64,000 nt of DNA, taken from positions 1-64,000 of IMG/VR virus record IMGVR_UViG_3300031994_000079. One strand, written 5' to 3'. Shown one piece after another: positions 49,420-58,082 of this stretch. Source of the DNA: a virus (Duplodnaviria; Caudoviricetes). Under the pieces are notes generated by a model. It was not told the origin of the DNA. It saw only the letters and a program-made list of their open reading frames with translations, and ran no database searches. Position numbers and translations under genes: made by a program. Numbering within the stretch: the first letter of the stretch is position 1; every line of letters begins with the position of its first letter.

Positions 49420-49441
49420 ATCTTTCTAAAGGAGTATGGAT

Positions 49442-50311
49442 ATGTTAGGTATTTCTAAAATGCTATCAACTGATGGTTTTATAATGGTTAACAAACATCT
49501 TATTAAGATATTAGGGTTACATGAAGCTGTTATATTAGGAGAATTATGTAGAGAGTTTGAATATTGGTCAGAAAATGGTAATTTAATTGAAGGCTCTTTT
49601 TATTCAACAAGAGAAAATATAGAGGAAAATACTGGTCTATCAGAACATTTACAGAGAAAAGCTATGGATACATTGATACAATATAATATATTATCTGTAG
49701 TTAAAAGAGGTATGCCCGCTGTAAATTATTATAAAATTGATTTTGAGGAGTTATTGCAGTTGTTCACGCCTTTAACGTCTTGTTGTCAAAGGCGTGAAGC
49801 ACAAGACGTTAAAGGCGTGAACTTAAATAATAATAAACAAATAAAAAAGAATAAAGAAAAGAATATATCTAAAGATATATCATGGATGGATTCATATAAT
49901 ATAGAGAAACCCAAAAAAGCTGAAAAGAAAAATTTGTACCAAAAATGTAGTGAATGTATAGATGAATATACAAATGACCCAATATTAAATAGTTTGTTGC
50001 ATGATTATCTTACATTAAGATTGCAGATAAAAGATAAACCTATATATGGTGTTAATCAGTGGAAAGGATTACTGAATAAGTTAGATAGCTTATGTAAAGA
50101 GAGAGATATACCAGAAGAAATAGTACGTTATAGTATAGAAAGAGGTTATGCAAGTTTCTTTTTACCTAACAATAATTATAATAATAGGAATATAAAAGCT
50201 AATTCATCAGAAAGTGGTGTAACCTCAGAACATGAGACAGAAGCAGAATACAACAAACGTATGGAATTAGCAAAAAGACGGGAAGAAGCTGGTGAACAAT
50301 CTGTATTTTAG
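49442..50311 (+). CDS. Phage replication initiator (winged-helix N-terminus)
   Basis: GFIMVNKHLIK.LGL.EA..LGEL...FYST...IEE.TGLS; upstream of DnaC-like loader. Confidence 0.8.
   Translation: MLGISKMLSTDGFIMVNKHLIKILGLHEAVILGELCREFEYWSENGNLIEGSFYSTRENIEENTGLSEHLQRKAMDTLIQYNILSVVKRGMPAVNYYKIDFEELLQLFTPLTSCCQRREAQDVKGVNLNNNKQIKKNKEKNISKDISWMDSYNIEKPKKAEKKNLYQKCSECIDEYTNDPILNSLLHDYLTLRLQIKDKPIYGVNQWKGLLNKLDSLCKERDIPEEIVRYSIERGYASFFLPNNNYNNRNIKANSSESGVTSEHETEAEYNKRMELAKRREEAGEQSVF
49762..49822. repeat. 22-bp perfect inverted repeat inside initiator gene; candidate replication origin
   Basis: GTTCACGCCTTTAACGTCTTGT / ACAAGACGTTAAAGGCGTGAAC with a third internal AAAGGCGTGAA, followed by an AT-rich tract. 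Confidence 0.7.
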
Positions 50312-50320
50312 GAGGTATGT

Positions 50321-50968
50321 ATGAGAATTAAAGAATGTTGGTATGAAAGTGTATGTCAGAACGAATGTTCTAATATATGCTTACGATATAATGAAATGAA
50401 ATATTTAATGGATAATAGTGGTATAGCACCTAAAAAACAAATGCCAGCAAAATTAGTGCCAGATGATTGTGATTTAGAAGCATTTAAACAACTTAATAAT
50501 ATAAAGTTGAATATTGTAGATTTTGTTAAAGGAGGCAAAAATTTATATATATGGGGTAAGCATACTGGTAATGGTAAAACAAGTTGGGCATTAAAAATAA
50601 TGCTGAGATATTTTAATGATATATGGGCGGGAAATGGATTTAGAGTAAGAGGTAAATTTGCTCATGTACCATCATTGTTATTACAGCTTAAAGATTTTAA
50701 CAACCCGTTGTCTGACGAGTATAAAAATGATATTCTGAATTGCGACTTGATTATATTAGATGATATAGCGAGTACAGGCATTTCACAATACGATTTAATC
50801 CAGCTCATGTTATATATAGAACATAGGATATTATATGAAAAGTCAATTATACTTACAGGTAATATAGCACCAGAAGAATTACAATCAGTTTTGGGCGAAA
50901 GATTAGCAAGTAGGATACGAGCCAAAAATACAATAAAAATAGAATTGAAAGGAGCAGATAAAAGATGA
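50321..50968 (+). CDS. dnaC: DnaC/IstB-like helicase loader
   Basis: Walker A GKHTGNGKT, Walker B LIILDD, RLASRI. Confidence 0.85.
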   Translation: MRIKECWYESVCQNECSNICLRYNEMKYLMDNSGIAPKKQMPAKLVPDDCDLEAFKQLNNIKLNIVDFVKGGKNLYIWGKHTGNGKTSWALKIMLRYFNDIWAGNGFRVRGKFAHVPSLLLQLKDFNNPLSDEYKNDILNCDLIILDDIASTGISQYDLIQLMLYIEHRILYEKSIILTGNIAPEELQSVLGERLASRIRAKNTIKIELKGADKR

Positions 50969-52272
50969 TAAGTATTTGTATCCAAGCTCTTTCAAAAGTC
51001 TTGTTAAGCCAAGATGATAGTTTTTTACTGAATAATAATATCACAAAAGAGTATTTTGTAGGATATGAGAATGAGATAGAGTTTATAGATAATCATAAAA
51101 AAGAGTATGGTAATATACCAGACAAACTTACGTTCTTATCACAGTTTCCAGATTTTGAAGTTGTAGAAGTACAAGAATCTGACCAATATCTTATAGATAC
51201 ATTAAGAGAGGAATATTTATATTATAAATCTATACCAGTTGTTCAAAAGATAGCCGATTTATTAAAGACTGATGCTAATATGGCTGCCGAATATATGTTG
51301 CAAGCAGTTAAGACATTACAGCCGGATTATAGATTGAAAGGTGTAAACATTATAGCGGATGCAGAGGATAGATATGAGCAGTTCCTTGAGAGAAAAGAAC
51401 ATCAAGATAGTTGGTTCTTCACAACAGGCTTTCAAGAGCTTGATGATATAATACATGGTTTACAGAGAGGTGAAGAGCTTGTAGTTATTTTTGCAAGAGT
51501 TAATCAAGGTAAATCTTGGATATTAGAAAAGATGTGTACTCATATATGGCATTTAGGATTTAATGTTGGTTATGTATCACCAGAAATGAGTGCTGTTAGT
51601 TTAGGCTATAGATTTGATACACTTTTTAAGAATTTTAGCAACAGTGGTCTTATGTGGGGTAAAAGTAGTATTGATGAAGAAGAATATAAGGCATATATAG
51701 ATGAGCTTAAACAGGGAGAACATAAGTTCATAGTATCTACACCCATTGATTTTCAAAGAAAAATAACAGTAACAAAATTAAAGAATTGGGTCACGCAATT
51801 CAATCTTGATATGATAGCTATAGATGGTATAACATATCTTACAGATGAGCGTTATCAGAGAGGTGATAATAAGACAACTACACTTACAAATATAAGTGAG
51901 GATTTAATGTCGCTGTCAATAGAATTGAAGATACCTATACTTGTAGTAGTGCAAGCTAATAGAAGTGGTGTTATAGATAAAGATACAAACGGTACACCTG
52001 AGCTTGAAAATATAAGAGATAGTGATGGTATAGCACATAACGCAAGTAAAGTATTAGCTTTAAGACAGAAGGACCATGTAGTTGAGCTTGGTATAAAGAA
52101 GCAGAGATTTGGTCCTGTAGGTGGTAAAGTATCATATCAATGGGATATAGATACTGGTATATTTGATTATGTGCCATCAGATGATGATGCGACAGAAGAA
52201 GCACCTAAAGAGAGCAAAATAATAGATGCAAAGGACAAATTTAAAAAAGCAGATAATTCAGATGTATTCTAA
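50965..52272 (+). CDS. dnaB: Replicative DNA helicase, DnaB-like
   Basis: ARVNQGKS, SPEMS, IAIDGITY, VVQANR, DSDGIAHNASKV. Confidence 0.9.
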   Translation: MISICIQALSKVLLSQDDSFLLNNNITKEYFVGYENEIEFIDNHKKEYGNIPDKLTFLSQFPDFEVVEVQESDQYLIDTLREEYLYYKSIPVVQKIADLLKTDANMAAEYMLQAVKTLQPDYRLKGVNIIADAEDRYEQFLERKEHQDSWFFTTGFQELDDIIHGLQRGEELVVIFARVNQGKSWILEKMCTHIWHLGFNVGYVSPEMSAVSLGYRFDTLFKNFSNSGLMWGKSSIDEEEYKAYIDELKQGEHKFIVSTPIDFQRKITVTKLKNWVTQFNLDMIAIDGITYLTDERYQRGDNKTTTLTNISEDLMSLSIELKIPILVVVQANRSGVIDKDTNGTPELENIRDSDGIAHNASKVLALRQKDHVVELGIKKQRFGPVGGKVSYQWDIDTGIFDYVPSDDDATEEAPKESKIIDAKDKFKKADNSDVF

Positions 52273-52281
52273 GGAGAACTT

Positions 52282-53256
52282 ATGTATATAAATAATGTAC
52301 TATTTAATTGTGAGCTTTCAGATATAATATCAGAAGCAAGAAGTCAGTTGGCTATGAATGGAATAGATATAGGTAAAACTCGTGATGCGCCTAAAGATAT
52401 AATGGTATGCTGTCCGTTTCATGGTGAACGTAGACCAAGTGCTGGTATAAGAAAAGACGATGGTCAATTTAATTGCTTTGCTTGTCATGAAAGCCATAGT
52501 TTAGCTAAAGTAATATCACAGTGGTTTGGTAAGACAGATGATGTAATAGGCGCATTTGGTTGGCAATGGTTATTAAAGAATTTTGCAACAATGCAAGTAG
52601 AGGAGAGAAAAGATGTTAAATTGGATTTTAGTCGTAATAGGGGTATACGTAATGACGATAGGGTTGATAGTATCAATAGCGAGGATAATAGATATATTTC
52701 AGAACAGGAGTTAGATAGCTACCGATATACACATCCATATTGGACAAAACGTGGAATAATTGAAGATTGGTTAATAGATTTGTTTGATTTAGGATATTCA
52801 CCAAAAGAACGTATGATAACATTTCCAAATTTAGATAAATATGGTAATTGTTTATTTGTTGCAAAAAGAAGTATTGATAAAAAATTCTTTAATTATCCTA
52901 ATAATGCAAACAAACACGTTTACGGTATATATCAATTATATCAGTTGCAACAATTTCCAAAAGAAGTTTATATAACGGAGAGTATGATTGATTGTTTATT
53001 ATTATGGCAATATGGTAAGTATGCTTGTGCTTTAAATGGTCTTGGTAATAATATACAGTTTAAAGAATTATCAGAAATGCCATGTAGAAAATTTATTCTT
53101 GCTACTGATTCTGATAATGCTGGTATGAAAGCGAGAGAACGTATTAAGCAAAATGTAAGAGGAAAAATGTTCACAGAAGTTATATTACCTGCTATGAAAA
53201 AAGATATAGGTGAATGTAGTGAGAAGGAAATAAAAAATCTTGTAGAGGTATTTTAA
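52282..53256 (+). CDS. dnaG: DNA primase (CHC2 zinc finger + TOPRIM)
   Basis: CPFHGE..PS...FNCFAC, ITESMID, ATDSDNAG. Confidence 0.9.
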   Translation: MYINNVLFNCELSDIISEARSQLAMNGIDIGKTRDAPKDIMVCCPFHGERRPSAGIRKDDGQFNCFACHESHSLAKVISQWFGKTDDVIGAFGWQWLLKNFATMQVEERKDVKLDFSRNRGIRNDDRVDSINSEDNRYISEQELDSYRYTHPYWTKRGIIEDWLIDLFDLGYSPKERMITFPNLDKYGNCLFVAKRSIDKKFFNYPNNANKHVYGIYQLYQLQQFPKEVYITESMIDCLLLWQYGKYACALNGLGNNIQFKELSEMPCRKFILATDSDNAGMKARERIKQNVRGKMFTEVILPAMKKDIGECSEKEIKNLVEVF

Positions 53257-53352
53257 AATGACGGCATTAAAAATAAACGAGTAAAACCTGAAGATTTACA
53301 AAAATATTTAGATTTAGGTTATGTAAAAGGTAGATTAACACCTTGGCAATAA
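53257..53352 (+). pseudogene. C-terminal remnant of a homing endonuclease
   Basis: Start-less frame NDGIKNKRVKPEDLQKYLDLGYVKGRLTPWQ* resembles the NNG.....+..++L..YL..G+.KGR tails of phage HNH/GIY-YIG endonucleases. Confidence 0.55.
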
Positions 53353-53457
53353 AATTTACAAGAAGTGTTTTAACCTATTGCAATCTATATACATTTATGT
53401 TATAGTATATTTGTACAGAACAGTACACACAAAAGCAGAAAGGAGGCAAAGACAAAA

Positions 53458-54087
53458 GTGAATGAAGAAATCTTCGGACAAAGATATGCAGACAGACGTA
53501 CACATAGGTCAGGCGTATTATTAGAGTACGATAGCAAGTACAAAACATATCTTCTTGAATCCCAAGATGGTAAAACATTCAATATAACATCAGCACAATT
53601 CAATAAGAATTGGAAACTTACTGATGAAGTAGCAGAAGTAGAACCAATAGAAGCTGAACAGGCAGAAGTTGGTGATAAACGCTACAAAGGACCATCAGAA
53701 GAACAGAAAGACGAGCTGAATAAGATATTGGAAACATTCTTTTTAATCGGCAAAGAGTATGTAGATGAATTTCAAAATGAAATAATCACTATAAAGCCAG
53801 AGCCGTATAAGAGAAGATTTTTGATGAAAGTCAGACATCATACAGTATTTATAATGGATTGTATGTTGAGACGGAGAAATTGCAGAGTATGGTTAAGAGA
53901 GTATATAAGCAGTTTAATGTCTTGGACAGTTAAGCCAATATCAATTAAGCGTTATCCTGGTACTAATATGAATACAGCAGTAGAGTTTCCGCTTGAAAAT
54001 CTTAAAGAAGTGTTAGATGATTTAACAGCAGTTGTAATTCAAGATATGACAGAAATGGAGGAAAAAAGAAATGGGGTGATAAAGTGA
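53458..54087 (+). CDS. Hypothetical protein
   Basis: GTG start, RBS AAGGAGG, own extended -10 promoter. Confidence 0.8.
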   Translation: MNEEIFGQRYADRRTHRSGVLLEYDSKYKTYLLESQDGKTFNITSAQFNKNWKLTDEVAEVEPIEAEQAEVGDKRYKGPSEEQKDELNKILETFFLIGKEYVDEFQNEIITIKPEPYKRRFLMKVRHHTVFIMDCMLRRRNCRVWLREYISSLMSWTVKPISIKRYPGTNMNTAVEFPLENLKEVLDDLTAVVIQDMTEMEEKRNGVIK

Positions 54088-54821
54088 GATATGCAGATGG
54101 TCAATATAGAGAAAAACTTTATACAGTATATATGCATATCACACCAAATAATAAGAGTTATGTAGGTATAACTTGTCAATCACTTGAATGTAGGTGGAAT
54201 GATGGAGATGGTTATAAACATCAGAGATTATTTTGGCGAGCAATTCAAAAGTATGGTTGGGAAAATATAAAGCATATAGAATTGTTTAATGGTTTGTCTT
54301 TTGAAGATGCAAGTAATATTGAAAAAGATTTAATTAGACAGTTTGAATCTAATAATCCAAAATATGGATATAATTTGACAGATGGTGGTGAAGGTATGTC
54401 AGGTTATAAGTTTACAGCAGAGCAGTTAGCTTGGCGTAGTAAAGTTAGTACTGGTAGAAAACATACACAAGCTACAAAAGATAAATTGTCAAAGATGAAG
54501 AAAGGTTCAAAATTAAATCTTACAGATGAACAAAGACAGGCTTGTGCTGAAAGAGGTAGAATACAAGGTATAAAGAATAAAGGTCGTAAGCATACAGAAG
54601 AAGAATGTAATAAGATAAAAGAAGCAGTACATAAGCGTTATGCAAACGGCGGTATAGCACCACATTGTAAACCTCATACTGAGGAGACAAAACGTAAGAT
54701 AAGCGAGAAGCAAAAAGGACGAGTTATATCAGAAGAACACAGAGAAAAATTAAGACAAGCCGCGTTAAAACAGTGGCAAAGACAAAAAGGAGGAATTAAA
54801 AATGAGATTCAGTTACAATGA
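54084..54821 (+). CDS. Free-standing GIY-YIG homing endonuclease with NUMOD3 repeats
   Basis: VYMH...YVGIT, R W, E...I, GYNLTDGGEG, repeated H(T/S)EE.K.K(I/L)S. Confidence 0.92.
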   Translation: MRYADGQYREKLYTVYMHITPNNKSYVGITCQSLECRWNDGDGYKHQRLFWRAIQKYGWENIKHIELFNGLSFEDASNIEKDLIRQFESNNPKYGYNLTDGGEGMSGYKFTAEQLAWRSKVSTGRKHTQATKDKLSKMKKGSKLNLTDEQRQACAERGRIQGIKNKGRKHTEEECNKIKEAVHKRYANGGIAPHCKPHTEETKRKISEKQKGRVISEEHREKLRQAALKQWQRQKGGIKNEIQLQ

Positions 54822-55449
54822 GGCAGATAATTACGGTAGCAATGGTGGTAGTAGTTTTTTCACATTACGTGATGATGGTGATACAGCAAGAGTACGTATT
54901 ATGTATGGCAGTATTGATGATGTAGAAGGTCTTTCAGTACATGAGATAGACCTGAACGATAAGAAAAGGTATGTAAACTGCATCAGAGAATATAATGACC
55001 CGATAGATATGTGTCCTCTTTGCAAAGCAAACTACAAGATACAGGCTAAGTTGTTTGTACCGTTGTATAATGAAGATACAGGCGAAACACTTGTTTGGGA
55101 GAGGGGTAAGAAGTTCTTTGGTAAGATTTCAGATTTGTGTACAAGATATGATAACCTCGTTTCAAGAGTGTTTGAGATTGTAAGACATGGCAAGCCGAAA
55201 GATACAGGTACAACATATGAGATATGGCCTGTAGGTGATAAAGACAATACAACATTTGAAGATTTGCCTGAACCTGTAGATGTTATGAAAGGTATTGTGC
55301 TTGATAAGACAGCAGATGAACTTGACTATTATCTGAGGTATCATGAGTTTCCCGATAATGATGCTCCTGCGAGAGAAGAAGCACCGAGACGCAGAGAGCA
55401 GTCAGTACCTATGAGAAGAACTCCTGCGAGAGGAAATGAGGCATTCTAA
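54802..55449 (+). CDS. Single-stranded DNA-binding protein (gp32-like, Zn-binding)
   Basis: FFTLRDDGD.ARVR, H...C...CPLC, VWERG; lies between primase and polymerase. Confidence 0.75.
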   Translation: MRFSYNEADNYGSNGGSSFFTLRDDGDTARVRIMYGSIDDVEGLSVHEIDLNDKKRYVNCIREYNDPIDMCPLCKANYKIQAKLFVPLYNEDTGETLVWERGKKFFGKISDLCTRYDNLVSRVFEIVRHGKPKDTGTTYEIWPVGDKDNTTFEDLPEPVDVMKGIVLDKTADELDYYLRYHEFPDNDAPAREEAPRRREQSVPMRRTPARGNEAF

Positions 55450-56981
55450 TGGCATTGATAAATATACCTAAGCGAAGCACAAAAGAAAAAGATTTGGCAC
55501 TTGCTAAGAAGTCAAATTCTGTTCAGAAAGCTATCCCCACTGTAAAGGGTGGGGGTAGCATTATTAACAAGATACAAACTATCCAAGCATTAGTTGAGAC
55601 TAAACTTGGTAAATATAAAGATGAATATATTATCATTCGTGATGAAGCCACGTTGATTGATTATATAGATGTATGTATAGAGAATAGTATAATATCTCTT
55701 GATACAGAGACAACCGGGTTAGACCCGTTGCTTGATGAGATAGTTGGTATATGTATCTATACACCGGGTGAGAAAGGTGCATATATTCCTATCAATCATG
55801 TTTCATATATAACATTAGAGCGAGTAGCTAACCAGTTAGATATAGATTTTTTGAATGAACAGTTTACAAGGTTATATGATTGTGAATTAGATAGCATAAT
55901 GTTTAATGCCAAGTTTGATATAAGATTTATGAGAAACAAAGTTGGTGTTAAGAATATTTATTGTACATGGGATAGTTATTTAGCTCAAAGGTGTTTGAAT
56001 GAGAATGAGCCACATAATGGTCTTAAATTGTTACATGAGAAGTATGTTCTCAACGGTGAAGGTGATGCGTGGTCATTCGGTGATTTATTTAAGAATATAT
56101 CATTTTCATATATACCGATTAAGACAGCATATCTGTATGCGGCACGTGACCCGGTTATTACATATGAGCTTTATGATTATCAGAGGAAATATCTGAAAGA
56201 AGATACCGATAGGGAAGATTTAAGAAATGTGTATTGGATATTTAAGAACATAGAAATGCCGTGTGTATCTGTAGTAGCCGATATGGAAGATACTGGTATA
56301 GAGTTCGATTTCGATTATAATGAGAAGTTGAAAGAGAAGTACCATAAGTTATTGGAAGAACGTATACAGAGCTTTAACGAAATGTGCGGTATGTATTCTA
56401 AAGAAATACAAGAGTATAGAGACACAACAGGTTCAAGTTGTAAATTAGATGACCCTATAAATATAAAGTCACCAACACAGCTTGCAATACTTCTCTATGA
56501 TATAATGGGATGTGAAATACCAAAAGATAAAAAGACCAAGAAAGAAGTACGGTCAACAAATGAAGAAACATTGAAGTCAATGGATAATCCTATTGCAAAA
56601 GCAATATTAGATTATAGAGAGTTTTCCACTATTGTAGATACATTCATAGATAAGTTGCCTGAATGTGTCAATCCTAATGATGGTCGTATTCATTGTCAGT
56701 TTAATCAGTACGGTGCAAGAACAGGTAGATTTAGTAGTGAGAACCCTAATATGCAGAACATACCTTCTCATAATAAAGAGATAAGACAGATGTTTAAAGC
56801 AACAGATGATGAATCTATTTTGGAAACAGAGAATGATATATTTATGGTGGACAAATTTGATGAAGTATACACATCTAATGGTTGGGTTAGTTGTAGCAAA
56901 TTAAAAATCGGTGATGATTTAGACGGTTGTATAATCAAATCAATAAAACTCCAAGATGATAAGTATATTATAGGTGTATAG
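55449..56981 (+). CDS. polA: DNA polymerase family A, N-terminal part (3'-5' exonuclease + thumb) with ~59-aa Hint-like tail
   Basis: LDTETTGL, FNAKFD, YAARD, RTGRFSSENPNMQNIP; non-polymerase tail from about 56802. Confidence 0.92.
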   Translation: MALINIPKRSTKEKDLALAKKSNSVQKAIPTVKGGGSIINKIQTIQALVETKLGKYKDEYIIIRDEATLIDYIDVCIENSIISLDTETTGLDPLLDEIVGICIYTPGEKGAYIPINHVSYITLERVANQLDIDFLNEQFTRLYDCELDSIMFNAKFDIRFMRNKVGVKNIYCTWDSYLAQRCLNENEPHNGLKLLHEKYVLNGEGDAWSFGDLFKNISFSYIPIKTAYLYAARDPVITYELYDYQRKYLKEDTDREDLRNVYWIFKNIEMPCVSVVADMEDTGIEFDFDYNEKLKEKYHKLLEERIQSFNEMCGMYSKEIQEYRDTTGSSCKLDDPINIKSPTQLAILLYDIMGCEIPKDKKTKKEVRSTNEETLKSMDNPIAKAILDYREFSTIVDTFIDKLPECVNPNDGRIHCQFNQYGARTGRFSSENPNMQNIPSHNKEIRQMFKATDDESILETENDIFMVDKFDEVYTSNGWVSCSKLKIGDDLDGCIIKSIKLQDDKYIIGV

Positions 56982-57032
56982 ATTTTTCACAACAAGTCAC
57001 AAGCAACTTATCAGAGGAAAATATTGGAAGAA

Positions 57033-57116
57033 ATGAAAAAAGGTTATTGTATGTTTAGGAGAAGAAAATATACTTTTGACATACATTGGTATAGAAAGGG
57101 AGGTGATGCCAAATGA
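57033..57116 (+). CDS. 27-aa basic ORF inside the split polA locus
   Basis: MKKGYCMFRRRKYTFDIHWYRKGGDAK*; its stop overlaps the next ATG (ATGA). Confidence 0.4.
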   Translation: MKKGYCMFRRRKYTFDIHWYRKGGDAK

Positions 57117-57172
57117 AAAAGTCGATAAGAGTTAGAAAAAATTATGTTCTAATGTCTGCCGACTATTCTTAG
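57113..57172 (+). CDS. polA: polA fragment 2 carrying the start of motif A (MKKSIRVRKNYVLMSADYS*)
   Basis: Strong RBS GGGAGGTG; YVLMSADYS is the polymerase motif A with catalytic Asp; ends in TAG at 57170-57172. Confidence 0.8.
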   Translation: MKKSIRVRKNYVLMSADYS

Positions 57173-57173
57173 G

Positions 57174-58082
57174 TCACAGCAAGAGCCAAAGGTCATGACT
57201 ATGATGTGTCAAGACCCGAAGATGATAAAAGCGTATCAAGAAGGGAGAGATTTATATGCGGAGATTGCGTCACTTTCTTTCAATACAACTTATGATAATT
57301 GCCTTGAATTTAGACCCGACGGCACTACTAACAGAGAAGGTAAAGAGCGTAGGAGCCAGGCAAAATCTATATTATTGGGCGTTCTCTACGGCAGAGGTGT
57401 CCCAAGTATTGCAGAACAGCTTGGAACAACTACGAAAAAGGCTCAAACAATCAAAGATAGTGTAATGAAAGGTTTTCCTGCTATTGAAAAATTTGAACAG
57501 GATAGTTTAAGAATGGCAGAAGATTTAGGATATGTAACTACATTGTGGGGTAGAAAGAGAAGATTACCAGATTTACAATTAGATGAGTTTGAGTTTAAAT
57601 GGAAAGATGGTGCACCACAAGATAATGATGTACTGGATTTTGATGAAGAAATAGATTATAATGTACCTATAGAAACGCAGAAAAAATATCTTAGGTTATT
57701 AAGTCAAGCAAGATTCGGTGAGAAGCGTAAGATATTTGAAAAAGCTAACGCAGAAGGAATATGGATAATAGATAACGGGGCGAAGATAGCAGATGCACAA
57801 AGGCAGTGCGTAAATGCAAGAATACAAGGTTCAGCCGCAGATATGTCAAAGTTAGCTATGATAAAAATAGGTAATGATAAGATATTAAAAGAATTAGGTT
57901 TCAGAATGTTAGTGCCAGTACATGATGAAATCATAGCTGAATGTCCTAAAGAACATGCAAAGAAATGTGTAGAGAGGTTTTCACAGTTAATGTCAGAAGC
58001 ACCAGGTGAAAAGTTTACAATACCTATTAAGTGTGATGTAGATGTAACAGAATGTTGGTATGGAGATAAAGTTAAAATTTAG
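57174..58082 (+). CDS. polA: polA fragment 3 (rest of palm and fingers), in +1 frame relative to fragment 2
   Basis: SQQEPKV..., motif B RSQAKSILLGVLYG, NARIQGSAADMSK, motif C VPVHDE. Confidence 0.9.
   Translation, partial: SQQEPKVMTMMCQDPKMIKAYQEGRDLYAEIASLSFNTTYDNCLEFRPDGTTNREGKERRSQAKSILLGVLYGRGVPSIAEQLGTTTKKAQTIKDSVMKGFPAIEKFEQDSLRMAEDLGYVTTLWGRKRRLPDLQLDEFEFKWKDGAPQDNDVLDFDEEIDYNVPIETQKKYLRLLSQARFGEKRKIFEKANAEGIWIIDNGAKIADAQRQCVNARIQGSAADMSKLAMIKIGNDKILKELGFRMLVPVHDEIIAECPKEHAKKCVERFSQLMSEAPGEKFTIPIKCDVDVTECWYGDKVKI

Noticed and set aside
57170-57172. Genome-wide amber (TAG) reassignment as an explanation of the polA stop
   Set aside because: TAG ends many genes cleanly here (for example at 413, 25220, 35599 and 56981), and in-frame readthrough would not reach the +1 frame that encodes QQEP and motifs B and C.
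56802-57172. Canonical intein or group I intron in polA
   Set aside because: There is no Cys/Ser start, no His-Asn end and no continuous frame for an intein; I could not recognise P7 or other group I core elements in the short AT-rich spacer.
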